From IMG/VR virus record IMGVR_UViG_3300031555_004294, positions 235,071-299,070 of that record: a stretch of 64,000 bases of DNA; one strand, written 5' to 3'. Made by a program: the position numbers and the translations under genes. This stretch comes from a virus (lineage: Duplodnaviria > Caudoviricetes). A model generated the notes under the pieces. The model saw only the letters and a list, made by a program, of their open reading frames with translations. It was not told the origin of the DNA and made no database searches. This document shows, one piece after another, positions 41,247-51,922 of the stretch; the stretch's first letter is position 1, and the number at the start of each line of letters is the position of its first letter.

Positions 41247-41616
41247 TACTTCTTTCCCTCACAATAAAGATTTTACCATTTATTGCATTGATTATTTCAT
41301 ACTTTTTGGAAAACTCGTTCATATCAACAGTTTCATCAATGATTATTGTATACTGGATTCCACTTAGATATTCTCTTCCAAAAATTATTCCAAATCCAAT
41401 ACTAGCGAAACAATTAAAGAAGAGAAAGAAAATTATAAAACCAATTTTTCCTATAGTTCCTTCACCTAAATCCAATATAAATATTAAACTAAGTTCTAAA
41501 AGAAATGTAGATACAAAAGTAATCCAAAAAGCTAATTTTGAGAAAGTACGTTTATACAGATTAACTTTATCTAAAATTTCTACACCTTGCATAATCAAAT
41601 CCTTATCTTTCTTCAT
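41239..41616 (-). CDS. Hypothetical membrane protein
   Basis: Two hydrophobic helices. Confidence 0.5.
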   Translation of the reverse strand: MKKDKDLIMQGVEILDKVNLYKRTFSKLAFWITFVSTFLLELSLIFILDLGEGTIGKIGFIIFFLFFNCFASIGFGIIFGREYLSGIQYTIIIDETVDMNEFSKKYEIINAINGKIFIVRERSNE

Positions 41617-41959
41617 TTACAGTTTCGACAAATTTAGCTCCACATCTGCTACAATAATTATCTTCTTCACAGACAGAATCATCATTTCCACAGTTGTCGC
41701 ATCTATAGTCAGTAAAAGGAGTATCTGCTCTGTCAGAAATAAATGCAATCTTCTTAGTTTCTATGATTCTACAATATCCCATATCAACCAATTTTTCTGC
41801 TTGCTTTATTTCGGTACAGTTATCAGTATTTTCCATACCATACTGTTCATACTTGCAACCATGACAATGCCAAGTTTCACAAAATTCAACTTCCGTGTCT
41901 CTTAAATCATTTGCCAATTCTTCAACTTGTTCTTTTCTAGTTTTTTCTATAAATTCCAT
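41603..41959 (-). CDS. Zinc-ribbon hypothetical protein
   Basis: CDNCG...YCSRCGAK. Confidence 0.55.
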   Translation of the reverse strand: MEFIEKTRKEQVEELANDLRDTEVEFCETWHCHGCKYEQYGMENTDNCTEIKQAEKLVDMGYCRIIETKKIAFISDRADTPFTDYRCDNCGNDDSVCEEDNYCSRCGAKFVETVNEER

Positions 41960-41977
41960 TTTGTATACCTCAGGCTA

Positions 41978-42220
41978 TCATCTTCCTAAAACTTTATCTC
42001 TAGCTTCATAACTTTCTGTCATATACGCATCTATAAAATCACTAGCTTCTCCTCTATTAGAACATTGTTCTGCTTCATTTAGTAAATGAGGAAGATAATG
42101 TACAATTGTTCTCATAGCTTCTAACTGTTTTTCAGTAATTTCTTTAAATCGCCATTCACCATATTCACATTGTTGATGGCAGTATCTTTGATATTCTTTC
42201 CCTAGTACAAACATTTTCAT
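41978..42220 (-). CDS. Hypothetical protein
   Basis: RBS AGGAGG. Confidence 0.5.
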   Translation of the reverse strand: MKMFVLGKEYQRYCHQQCEYGEWRFKEITEKQLEAMRTIVHYLPHLLNEAEQCSNRGEASDFIDAYMTESYEARDKVLGR

Positions 42221-42237
42221 TTCCTCCTATCACACAT

Positions 42238-42672
42238 TTAATACATGTCATAGAAATTCAAACCAGCTATTCTTTCTATAGCTTCATCAGGTGAATGTCC
42301 ATCCCATTCAGGTGCAGTTTCTAATTCTTTAACGTCAAACATGTTCCAATAAGGATCGATGTCATAGTGATAAGTAGCTTGACCATTAGGTGTTTCAATA
42401 CCAACTATAAACATTCCTTCATACATGGTACCATCATGATGCTTTTTAGACTTCCAAGCTAATGGATACTTCTTACAGATTATACTAAACAAAATTGCTC
42501 TATGATGATACAGTTCATTGAAAGTATGATAACCATCAGAAGTTTCACCATTGACAATAAAAGTATCTAATTCTTCTATGTCTTTCTTAGGAGTCATTAC
42601 GTATGGATATGACTTGTGGAATTCATCAAGTACTCTCATTACATCTTCTTTAAGCAAAAATTCGTTCTTCAT
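42238..42672 (-). CDS. WDGH-motif phage protein
   Basis: SDGYHTFNELYHHR...AWKSKKHHDG...EWDGH. Confidence 0.7.
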   Translation of the reverse strand: MKNEFLLKEDVMRVLDEFHKSYPYVMTPKKDIEELDTFIVNGETSDGYHTFNELYHHRAILFSIICKKYPLAWKSKKHHDGTMYEGMFIVGIETPNGQATYHYDIDPYWNMFDVKELETAPEWDGHSPDEAIERIAGLNFYDMY

Positions 42673-43088
42673 GATTTTATATCCTCTTTCTTTTTTATTT
42701 TACGGTTCTTTGCTATATTTTCAATGACTTTTTTACTAGCTAGTTCTTTTTGTTTCCTATTAGTTTCAATAGCTAAATCTTTGTACTTAGAAATAAATTT
42801 GCTAATCTGTCTTTTAGTATAGCAATTCTGTCTTTCATATCGTAAACTTGGAATTGCGTAACATATAAAATCAACCAGTTCTAATTGTTTTTCTGTAGGT
42901 TTATAATTTTCTGGAAGGTATAATTTTTCAATTCCATAATCAGCAATGCTCATATTCATAAAAATTTTAATACTACAGTTAAGACAGTCGTACTCAAAAA
43001 TAGCCGAACTTGAACCAGTTTCTTCATTGACAATAAATTTTTCTTTGCCAACTAACTTCATTTGTTTTTGGCATTCAATACATTTCAT
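42669..43088 (-). CDS. Hypothetical zinc-ribbon protein
   Basis: CIEC...CLNC; PTEKQ. Confidence 0.5.
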   Translation of the reverse strand: MKCIECQKQMKLVGKEKFIVNEETGSSSAIFEYDCLNCSIKIFMNMSIADYGIEKLYLPENYKPTEKQLELVDFICYAIPSLRYERQNCYTKRQISKFISKYKDLAIETNRKQKELASKKVIENIAKNRKIKKKEDIKS

Positions 43089-43411
43089 AACTTTATGATT
43101 CCTCTAGATTCTAATGTAGAAATACTATCATCTATAAAATCATCAAATTCTGCAAGTTTATGTTCATCAAGTATAGATTTTTTGATGTAATCTTGATTTT
43201 CTTCCCAGTTAGTCCTCATTGTCATGAAATACGCTAATTCTGGATTAGCTCTAGAACGTAAAGACAAACAATAAATATTACGACCACTAATTTCACATTT
43301 AACTTCATAAACTGTTGGAGGATTACCATAGTACTTGTCATATTCTCTACAAAGTATTACATACTGATCTTCTATGTCTTTCTTATTTAGCATAGACTTC
43401 ATAATTCTCAA
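43085..43411 (-). CDS. Hypothetical protein
   Basis: First ORF after the TATATATT motif at about 43443 (-). Confidence 0.5.
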   Translation of the reverse strand: MRIMKSMLNKKDIEDQYVILCREYDKYYGNPPTVYEVKCEISGRNIYCLSLRSRANPELAYFMTMRTNWEENQDYIKKSILDEHKLAEFDDFIDDSISTLESRGIIKL

Positions 43412-43556
43412 CTTTCCTTTCTAAAAGTATTTTCAAGTTAAGAATATATAGATAAAATCTCTGTTTACTTTTCGTATTTTCAAAATTTACAAACATATAT
43501 TCTTATTTTAGAAAAGAAGTACATAAATTTTATACTTCTAGAAATATTTTTATAAA

Positions 43557-44171
43557 ATGGAGAAAAGTATCATGACAAACTTTATTAAAACAAAAGCCTA
43601 TCCTGAAAACCTTTACTATGACATTTTTGGTTTAACAGAAAATGACAATTCTTATACTCATGAAATTGGAGAACGATTAATTGAACTTGTTGAAAATGAT
43701 AAAAGATTTGTAGAACTTTCTAATGCAAGAAATATCATCTTAATGAGATATAAATCAAAACTAACTTTTGATAAAATCGGAGAAAAATTAAATCTTTCAG
43801 GAGAAAGAATTCGTCAAATTAATAATAAGACATTAAGAATTTTTAGAAATTCTGTAAGAAAAAAATATATTTTATTTGGTTCTGTACCATACAATAATGC
43901 ATTTGATGCTATTTATTATAACGATTTTTGGAGTCTAAATGATGTAAGAATTGATATTTGTATCATCAGCGATTTTTCCCCTAATACATTAATACGAATC
44001 ACTAAGTGTATGCTTAGAACTAACTGTGGTTCTTTTGGTGAAATTCTTCTTAAGTTTTCTAATAGAGAGGAACTTAGTAAAATTTGTAATTTAGATAGTG
44101 AGTCCATTGATAGTATCATCCAAATCTTTGAAAGATGTAATATCAACGTAGATCAATTCAAAGAAGCTTAA
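43557..44171 (+). CDS. Sigma-70 region-4 HTH protein, possibly with an RNAP alpha-CTD-like tail
   Basis: IILMRY...LTFDKIGEKLNLSGERIRQINNKTLRIFR; REELSKICNLDSESIDSI. Confidence 0.7.
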   Translation: MEKSIMTNFIKTKAYPENLYYDIFGLTENDNSYTHEIGERLIELVENDKRFVELSNARNIILMRYKSKLTFDKIGEKLNLSGERIRQINNKTLRIFRNSVRKKYILFGSVPYNNAFDAIYYNDFWSLNDVRIDICIISDFSPNTLIRITKCMLRTNCGSFGEILLKFSNREELSKICNLDSESIDSIIQIFERCNINVDQFKEA

Positions 44172-44224
44172 AACAAAAGAGATAGAGATTTGTAGTTTCT
44201 CTATCTCTTTTTTTTTAGTTCATT

Positions 44225-45592
44225 TTATTCTTCTTCGTAATCTACTTCTACATACTCACCATCTTCGATGATGTAGTACTTGCCATTCTTATCCATATAA
44301 ACTTCATTTTCTTCATCAATGAGTTCATATTCATCAGCAACTACTACTTCAACTTCAGCCTTCTTCTTGGAGGAGGTAGCTTTTTTAGTATTTGCAGATT
44401 CCTTGATATCTTCTTCAATAAGTTCATCAAGTTTGTTCATATCAATAGAAATTGCTTCTCCAGCTTTAGGAAGGAACTTAGTATATTCTTCTGCTACTGC
44501 TGCATCGAATGCTTTACGAAGTTCTTTAGATTCAGCATACTTATCTTGGAAATCTCTAAGTGAGAATTTTACATCAGGACAAGTATCAAGCTTAAAGGAT
44601 CTACCAGCACCAGTAATTCTTCCTAAATCCTTAAGATTTACAAAGTTGGTAAGAAGATTATTTATACCCTTCTTCTGTTCGAATACCATCTTAAAGGATA
44701 CACCAGCTTCTGTAGAACGAGACTTTACTAAGATACCAGAAAGGTAGAAACCTTTGATACCGAATTCTTTATCAGGTTCGATTTTTGAGCCTGTTTCAAG
44801 TTTTGTAAGAGTATTGGTTAAGTAACTTACAGCCTTACCACCAGGGATTGATTCGTCTTGCTTAAGATAATTTATCTGAGCTTTAGTACGAGCCATAGGA
44901 TTTATATCAATCTTCTGAGTAAGATGGTTTACTAACATGAGAATGATATTAGCATTCTGCATAGGAGACATAATTCTCTTAAACACGTTAGTATTAGCTT
45001 TAGCGATTGCAGTAGCACCCATCGAGCCTTTAAGTTCGTCATCATCTTCTACGTCCTCTGGAGCTAATAAAGCAACCGAGTCTACTATCATTATTGTAGG
45101 AGGTAAAATATAAATAGGTCTACCAGCACCATCTTTCTTACCAGTGTTAATCTGAATAGATTCTTTATTTTCCATTTTGATTTTTTCAATTTCCTTACAA
45201 GCTCTAAATAGAGTCTCTACAGAAATATCTTCTTGGAAAATCTGGTATTTTTCTTCATAATGTTCAGATGTCCAACCAGTTAGAGCCATAACTCTTTCCT
45301 TAGTAGTAGATCTTTCATAGTCATAGTGCCATACGTCAGCTTCTTCAAATTGGTCTGCAATATAACATGCTTGCTGAATGATTTTACTAGTTTTACCAGT
45401 ACCAGAGTTACCTACATCCATCATAATCTTACCGCCTTGGATACCTAACTCAATTGTACCATCAGCTTTTCTCGCACCATTGATGTAGTCAAAAATATCA
45501 ATACCAGTTCTGTAAAAAGGTACATAATCAATTCTTTTACCTAACTTACCTTTATCAATTGCTTCGTTAAATTTTGATTTTAGCAATCCCAT
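44225..45592 (-). CDS. RecA/UvsX-like recombinase
   Basis: TGIDIFD, Walker A GNSGTGKT, IVDSVA, PGGKA; acidic tail. Confidence 0.85.
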   Translation of the reverse strand: MGLLKSKFNEAIDKGKLGKRIDYVPFYRTGIDIFDYINGARKADGTIELGIQGGKIMMDVGNSGTGKTSKIIQQACYIADQFEEADVWHYDYERSTTKERVMALTGWTSEHYEEKYQIFQEDISVETLFRACKEIEKIKMENKESIQINTGKKDGAGRPIYILPPTIMIVDSVALLAPEDVEDDDELKGSMGATAIAKANTNVFKRIMSPMQNANIILMLVNHLTQKIDINPMARTKAQINYLKQDESIPGGKAVSYLTNTLTKLETGSKIEPDKEFGIKGFYLSGILVKSRSTEAGVSFKMVFEQKKGINNLLTNFVNLKDLGRITGAGRSFKLDTCPDVKFSLRDFQDKYAESKELRKAFDAAVAEEYTKFLPKAGEAISIDMNKLDELIEEDIKESANTKKATSSKKKAEVEVVVADEYELIDEENEVYMDKNGKYYIIEDGEYVEVDYEEE

Positions 45593-45781
45593 AATTACTT
45601 ATCTCCTTTGAAAGTTTAAATTATTTATTCTCGCTTAGATATAGTAAAATTTCTCTTACTGTAATTTATAGTTTTATCTTGTTTTTTATGAAAAAAATAT
45701 GGATTTGTATTTTAAAATTTTTTAAATATATATTCTAAATTTAATAAAATTAAAATATTTTTATAAGGGGAATTTTTTAAA

Positions 45782-46462
45782 ATGTTACTGAGTGTTAAAA
45801 AATTAGCAAAAATTTTAGATGTAAATGAAACATATATTGAAACACAAATTGAAATGGGAAATTTAAAAAGAGTACCAGACTCTTGTGCGATAGTTAAGTA
45901 TAATCAGCTTCAATGTTTAGATGTTCTTGATATAGTTGACTTTATTTCTAAATCTGATGAACTTAAATTTTTAGAAGCATTTCATCGTTGGATGAAGGAA
46001 GAACAAAAGGATACTTTAAAGGAAGAATATCAAGATTCTTATTCAAAATCTTTACGTAAAATAAAGAAACAAATAGACAAGATTGAAAAAGTTTTAAGAA
46101 AAATAAAAGAAAGAGAAGATAACGAAAAAGAACAACGCAGACAAAGAGAAATCATGTTAATAGCTGATGATATACTAATTGCATTAAGTGAGGAAAAAAC
46201 TGTAGTTGAAATTGGTATAAATTACAAACGATGTTATAAGTCCATAATCAAAAATATTGGAAATGATATGTTTAGTTTAAAAATACCTTTTCAAACTGGT
46301 CCTCACTATCGAATCTATAAAAAAGAATTAGAAGATTTCTTACCAAAGCTGTTATACCATTGTTATTATAGTAAACAAGAGATAAAGGTTTATACAGATG
46401 AGAATATTAACATGAAGAATTTAATAAGATCGAGATATATCTATCTCCCCATCTTACACTAA
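45782..46462 (+). CDS. Hypothetical protein with N-terminal HTH-like segment
   Basis: LSVKKLAKILDVNETYI...GNLK; own early promoter; related N-terminus to 46592. Confidence 0.5.
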   Translation: MLLSVKKLAKILDVNETYIETQIEMGNLKRVPDSCAIVKYNQLQCLDVLDIVDFISKSDELKFLEAFHRWMKEEQKDTLKEEYQDSYSKSLRKIKKQIDKIEKVLRKIKEREDNEKEQRRQREIMLIADDILIALSEEKTVVEIGINYKRCYKSIIKNIGNDMFSLKIPFQTGPHYRIYKKELEDFLPKLLYHCYYSKQEIKVYTDENINMKNLIRSRYIYLPILH

Positions 46463-46591
46463 GCTAACAATAAAAAAAAGATAATACTTTTAAAAAGTAT
46501 TATCTTTTTTTTAGTGTATTTTAGAATTTTTTAAATATATATTTTTGATGTAATCTTAAAATAAAATAATTTTTTAAAGGGGATTAAAAAA

Positions 46592-48058
46592 ATGATTTAT
46601 TTTACTACTGACGTATTAGCAGAAAATGTTTTATATACAAAAGAAAGTCAAATTTTTAAATGGTTTGATGAAGGCAAACTAATTCATCATACTGTTGCAG
46701 ATGATGGAATTGAAGGAGATTTTGTTGAATTTTTCAATCTCATAGATTTTGTCATAAATGAATCAATGATAATGAAAAGCAATATCTATGTAAGTAGATT
46801 ATATAGGTGGATCAATAGAAATCGTAAATTTGTAAAAGAAGAATTACCAGATTTTCTTAAAAGTGAAACTTTTAAAAAAATAAAGTGTATTTCAAATATT
46901 CCAGATACTAAAGATTTCTATATTCTGTATGAAAGTATATACGATATAACTGATGATTCAAAAATAGAAATAATTGAACCTGATAGAAATTTTGTTAAAA
47001 ATTTTATAGTTTTAAAAGTAGCTGGTAATAATGATATAATCGATGTCAGAGAAATTTGTACTAACAATATATCTTACATAAAACATTGGTATGGTAAAAA
47101 ATATGTTTGCTATAAATCAGAGTTTAAGTATAAATTTTATAGCGATTGTGATGTATTAAGTGAACGTCTTAAAAAATTTTTACATCTTGTTAGGACCACG
47201 CATCCTAATGCAGGTTTTGATTCTAATGATCCTTATTTTGATTCAATATCTGTAGCTAAAAAACTTTTAAAAACTTTAGAAAAAATAAAGAATTTTTTAC
47301 TTGAAGAGGAAGAAAAGAAAAAATATAAAGAACTACTTAGACAAGAAAGAATACAACGAGAACAAAAAAGGGAAGAACGAAAGAAACAATTAGCTGAGCA
47401 GTTTAATAAGAAAAGAGAATTAATTAATCAGTTGGTTGATGAAATAGTTCATGATAACAAAATAATTGACGATTCTTTATCAATTCTTGTTTACCATCAA
47501 ATTATCAGAGATACGAAACAAGAAATGCATTATAGTTCTATCTATGATCAAGAAAAATTGAAAAAAGCTATTCTAAAGAAGCTTTTAGCTAAGAAAAAGA
47601 AAAAATTAGATGACGCAATGGTTATAAGAAAAAAGGAGGAACTTGCAGAATATATTGACAATATGATCAAACATATAAAACTTCCTGATGAAGAGCTTTT
47701 AACAAAGTTTGATTTTGATGCTATTGAAGATAAACTTATCTTTGAAATTTGGAGAGTAGAATTAAATAAACCAAAACATTATAATAGGTTTGACTATGTT
47801 ACCAAACGAGTAAACGAAGAGAAAAAGGATTATATAAAACGGCATATTGCTTTTAGTAAACGACAGAAAGAAGACAAAAACGAAAGAAAACTCCTTTCAA
47901 GTAGATATGATTGTGGGGATTCTAATTATCGTGATGATTATATTCCTCATGACCGTAATCATTTCATGGACATTCATCCTACATATAAGATCAATGAAGC
48001 AATCCAAGAATACTTAGATGAAGTTTCTTTAGGTTATGAAGGAGGATACTACGATTGA
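46592..48058 (+). CDS. Hypothetical coiled-coil protein with HTH-like N-terminus
   Basis: FTTDVLAE...IFKWFDEGKL; own early promoter. Confidence 0.5.
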   Translation: MIYFTTDVLAENVLYTKESQIFKWFDEGKLIHHTVADDGIEGDFVEFFNLIDFVINESMIMKSNIYVSRLYRWINRNRKFVKEELPDFLKSETFKKIKCISNIPDTKDFYILYESIYDITDDSKIEIIEPDRNFVKNFIVLKVAGNNDIIDVREICTNNISYIKHWYGKKYVCYKSEFKYKFYSDCDVLSERLKKFLHLVRTTHPNAGFDSNDPYFDSISVAKKLLKTLEKIKNFLLEEEEKKKYKELLRQERIQREQKREERKKQLAEQFNKKRELINQLVDEIVHDNKIIDDSLSILVYHQIIRDTKQEMHYSSIYDQEKLKKAILKKLLAKKKKKLDDAMVIRKKEELAEYIDNMIKHIKLPDEELLTKFDFDAIEDKLIFEIWRVELNKPKHYNRFDYVTKRVNEEKKDYIKRHIAFSKRQKEDKNERKLLSSRYDCGDSNYRDDYIPHDRNHFMDIHPTYKINEAIQEYLDEVSLGYEGGYYD

Positions 48059-48387
48059 AACTCATATCAAAACAATTAACTAAAAAACAGTTATTTGATT
48101 TGCAATTCAAGTATGATATAAATCCTATCTATAAAGTGCAATTCGTACTTTTCTGGGATAAAATTTCTATGGAACTTTTGTCTGAAGAATTTATGAGAGA
48201 ATTTGCAGATTTTTTAGACTGGAAGCTTATTTCTGATATGCAAGAAATGTCAGCAGATTTTATTCTAGAGTTCAAAGATAAAATAGTTTGGAGTAGACTT
48301 GTTTATAACAAAAAACTGTCATATGAATGTAGGAAGGAACTATATGAAAGAAGTGAAGGAAGATATCCATCCTGGGGAGTTTTTTAA
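48055..48387 (+). CDS. Trp-repeat (LSEEF.REF.D..DW) protein, paralogue 1
   Basis: LTKKQLFDLQFKY plus repeats. Confidence 0.65.
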   Translation: MKLISKQLTKKQLFDLQFKYDINPIYKVQFVLFWDKISMELLSEEFMREFADFLDWKLISDMQEMSADFILEFKDKIVWSRLVYNKKLSYECRKELYERSEGRYPSWGVF

Positions 48388-48829
48388 TTTAACTAAGAAA
48401 CAGTTGTTTGATCTTAAATTTAAATACAGTAATCTCATTGTACCAGATGGTTTAAAAGGTCAGTATCATCTTAGAGCATTTTGGACTAATCTTGCAACTA
48501 CTCAAAAATTGTCTGAAGACTTTATGAGAGAATTCCAAAATAAATTACCTTGGTATCTTATCAGTAGTTGTCAAAAATTATCTGAGGATTTCATTAGAGA
48601 ATTCCAAGATAAAGTAGATTGGGAAACGATCTCATTTAGACAGGAATTATCTGAAGAATTCATATTAGAATTCAAAGATAAATTAGACTTACAACTGGTT
48701 AAAGACTATCAAGTCAATATATCGAGAGATTTTATAAATAAACTGATCAATGAGGTTTACAATGGAAGAATTTATAAGAGAGTTGACAACAAAGATGACA
48801 AAGAAACAAGAATTCGATTTAAAGTTTAA
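48344..48829 (+). CDS. Trp-repeat protein, paralogue 2
   Basis: LTKKQLFDLKFKY plus three QxLSExFxxEF repeats; start re-called. Confidence 0.65.
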   Translation: MKEVKEDIHPGEFFNLTKKQLFDLKFKYSNLIVPDGLKGQYHLRAFWTNLATTQKLSEDFMREFQNKLPWYLISSCQKLSEDFIREFQDKVDWETISFRQELSEEFILEFKDKLDLQLVKDYQVNISRDFINKLINEVYNGRIYKRVDNKDDKETRIRFKV

Positions 48830-49088
48830 GTATGACTTTAATCTACCGAGTGATGTAAGATTTAATTCTATTAAATACTGGTTTTACATCTGTTTAAAAA
48901 GAAAATTGTCTGAAGATTTCATAAGAGAATATCAAAATCATGTTTCATGGCTTATTATCAGTCAACATCAAACTTTATCCGAAGACTTTATAAAAGAGTT
49001 TAAGGATAGAGTAGACTGGAGGGCAATTTCTAAATTCCAAACTCTATCTGACGAGTTTAGAGAAGAAATGAAAGAGTATTTACGCTAG
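48750..49088 (+). CDS. Trp-repeat protein, paralogue 3
   Basis: MTKKQEFDLKFKY plus repeats. Confidence 0.65.
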   Translation: MRFTMEEFIRELTTKMTKKQEFDLKFKYDFNLPSDVRFNSIKYWFYICLKRKLSEDFIREYQNHVSWLIISQHQTLSEDFIKEFKDRVDWRAISKFQTLSDEFREEMKEYLR

Positions 49089-49220
49089 TCAAAATTAAAA
49101 AGAAAATAACTCTCATTAAGAGTTATTTTCTTTTTTTTTGTAAGGTATATAAAAACCCATGAAAACATTTTATTAATATGACAATTTTGTATTCTACTAT
49201 AAGGTAAAGGAGGAATATTT

Positions 49221-51254
49221 ATGTCAATTATGAACGACAACGATTACATATATTTAGACGAAGCTAAAGATAATAAAAATCTCTATGGAAATATATTTGA
49301 AGGCATCTTAGGTAAAGTTACTTTAGACGATAAAACAAAGACATTTAAGATTTCTAAAATGAATTTTAAAAAGTTCCTAATCCGTCTAAGAGAAATGTAT
49401 AAATCTAGAGGTTTGTCTAATTTATTTGACAAGCGTTATTCTGCTTGGTCTACTTTTATGTGGGAAAAAGAAAAGATTTCTAAAGATAAGATGAAAATAG
49501 TAGAATTGTCCGTTCCTTTATTCTTTGCTCTTGAAATTTATAGTTTGTTTTTAGATATAGGTGAGTTTTATAAGTTACCTTGGTATAATAATGTAGCTAA
49601 AGGTATTTATAAGAAGACTTGGATTAGTAATTATGAAACCAGAGAACAAGTTATAACTAATACATCTGCACTTTCTAAACTAAACTTTAAACCCAAGGAT
49701 TACCAGTTGGAATTCATAAAACAATATGAAACCTTAAAGCACATTTATGATTTGGAAGGTTATATTCTTTCATTCGACCAAGGATTAGGTAAAACATTTA
49801 CAGCTATTGGACTAGCAGAATGTTTAGGTAAAGACCAAATAGTTATAGTTTGTCCTAACTCACTTAAGGAAAACTGGGCGTATGAAATAAGGTCTTACTT
49901 CAAGATTTATTCACTCAATGAAGAACATTGGAAAAAATCTGTATATGTACATGGAGTAGAAAAACTACAAAACTATACTAGACAAACTAAGTACATCATA
50001 GTTAATCAGGAATCAATTCCAAAGATCTATGACTTACTCAAACCTAATAAAAACTCGATGATAATTGTAGATGAATCTCACAATTTTAGAAATAACGATG
50101 GCAAACGTACTAAGGAATTACTAGCACTTAAGGAAATACTAAATTGTAAGGATAACTTACTTATGTCAGGTACGCCAATTAAAGCAACTCCTGATGAGTT
50201 AATACCAGCATTGAGAATGATTGACCCATACTTTACTGCTGATTTAGCTAGTAAATATGAAAAAGCATTTAGTAGTGACTCTGTAGAAATCTCTAGAATT
50301 GTTAAAAACAGATTCAGTCGTACTATTTATAGACGAACTAAAGATGAAGTTTTAAAACTACCTGAGAAACATATCAGAGAACTTTATGTAAAAGTAACCA
50401 ATGAAGAAGAATTTTATTTATCTACGTTACAGAATCTTATAGCTGAAGAATTTTCAAAGGTCTATAAAGAAAAACTAACACATCTAAAAGCTTACCAATC
50501 TGAGTTTAATGGACTTGTAGAAAAATATTCATCTGCATCACCAAAAGAAACTAAAGATTACTTAGATTTCATTAATTGTCGTGTTGATCCAACTAAAAAT
50601 GATATAATTATACATGAACGTCGTGAAGAAATCTATAAAAAATTCTTAGAAACATATGTGTTCCCTAATATAAAGAACGATAAAGACAAAGAAAGATTAA
50701 AATTCCTGTTAACACAGTATGTCTATATGGTTAACTCTGCTAGAGGAATTGCTCTTGGTAAAATCTTACCTAAAGCTAGAACTAAATGTTTCATTGAGAT
50801 GTGGAAACAAAATAGACAACAGTTTTTAAATATAATTGATGAATGTCCTAAGAAAACAATTATTTTTACCCAATTTTTAGGTGTTGCTAATTTTATAGCT
50901 GACGATTTACATAGTCAAGGTATAAAAAATATAAAAATAATTGGTGCAACTAAAAATCGAATGGATGAAATAAACAAATTTAAGTATAGCGACGAAGTTG
51001 ATGTATTGATTGCTACATCACAAACATTAAGTACTGGCGTTACATTAATTGAAGCTTCACAAATGTTTTTCTTTGGTACTCCATATCGTAGTACTGATTT
51101 TGATCAAGCTTGTGACAGAATATACCGTATAGGACAGACTTTAGATGTGTATATTTATAATGTACTTTTAGCAAGTAAAGAGAAAAATATTTCAAATCGT
51201 ATTAATGACATTATGGGATGGTCCGAAGAAATGTTTGATAGCATGATAGAATAA
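49221..51254 (+). CDS. SNF2-family helicase
   Basis: DQGLGKT, VDESH, SGTP, RRTK, GVTL, QACDRIYRIGQ; late promoter at 49164. Confidence 0.9.
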   Translation: MSIMNDNDYIYLDEAKDNKNLYGNIFEGILGKVTLDDKTKTFKISKMNFKKFLIRLREMYKSRGLSNLFDKRYSAWSTFMWEKEKISKDKMKIVELSVPLFFALEIYSLFLDIGEFYKLPWYNNVAKGIYKKTWISNYETREQVITNTSALSKLNFKPKDYQLEFIKQYETLKHIYDLEGYILSFDQGLGKTFTAIGLAECLGKDQIVIVCPNSLKENWAYEIRSYFKIYSLNEEHWKKSVYVHGVEKLQNYTRQTKYIIVNQESIPKIYDLLKPNKNSMIIVDESHNFRNNDGKRTKELLALKEILNCKDNLLMSGTPIKATPDELIPALRMIDPYFTADLASKYEKAFSSDSVEISRIVKNRFSRTIYRRTKDEVLKLPEKHIRELYVKVTNEEEFYLSTLQNLIAEEFSKVYKEKLTHLKAYQSEFNGLVEKYSSASPKETKDYLDFINCRVDPTKNDIIIHERREEIYKKFLETYVFPNIKNDKDKERLKFLLTQYVYMVNSARGIALGKILPKARTKCFIEMWKQNRQQFLNIIDECPKKTIIFTQFLGVANFIADDLHSQGIKNIKIIGATKNRMDEINKFKYSDEVDVLIATSQTLSTGVTLIEASQMFFFGTPYRSTDFDQACDRIYRIGQTLDVYIYNVLLASKEKNISNRINDIMGWSEEMFDSMIE

Positions 51255-51271
51255 AGAAAACAAAAATAAGT

Positions 51272-51922
51272 ATGATAATCTCTGTTATAAGAGAAAGGAA
51301 GGTAATTATAGAAATGGCAACTAAAATGAAAAAAGATACTACTTTACTAGATGAAGCTGAATCTCTAGTAAAAAATATAGATTTGTGTGATCTCATTGAT
51401 GACGAATTTGATGAGAAAGAAAAAATAACTCCAGAAGAATTAGAAAAAGCTAGAAAAAGATATTTGAAAGAACAATACTTAAAGAAACTTGATGATGCTG
51501 AACGAGAACTATCTAAATTCAGCCATAAGGACTATGATGTTAGTGATATTAAGAATGATCTAGTTATTAGAAACTTCTTTTCAACATTTGGAAAAGATAT
51601 TTACATGATCATGGAGCCAGAAACTTATGATAATGGAACTAGACTAATCAGAGATGAAAGATTAATCAGACAAATTAAAGATAAGAAGTTCCAAAAGTAT
51701 GTTACCATTCGTAAAAGTTTACATGCATTTAAGAAAAAACTAGAAAAAACAGATAGTCCTAACAAAGATTATCTAAACACTGAGATAATGACCATCACCA
51801 AACGTCTTGATGCTTATATCTCTTCTTACTTGCTAGTACTGTTAGTTTTAAGCAATACTGAGCAAATGACTGATTATGTTTGTTGCAAATTAAAACAGAA
51901 AAAAGAACATAATATTAAATAG
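51272..51922 (+). CDS. Hypothetical protein
   Basis: ORF track; likely start MATKM. Confidence 0.55.
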   Translation: MIISVIRERKVIIEMATKMKKDTTLLDEAESLVKNIDLCDLIDDEFDEKEKITPEELEKARKRYLKEQYLKKLDDAERELSKFSHKDYDVSDIKNDLVIRNFFSTFGKDIYMIMEPETYDNGTRLIRDERLIRQIKDKKFQKYVTIRKSLHAFKKKLEKTDSPNKDYLNTEIMTITKRLDAYISSYLLVLLVLSNTEQMTDYVCCKLKQKKEHNIK

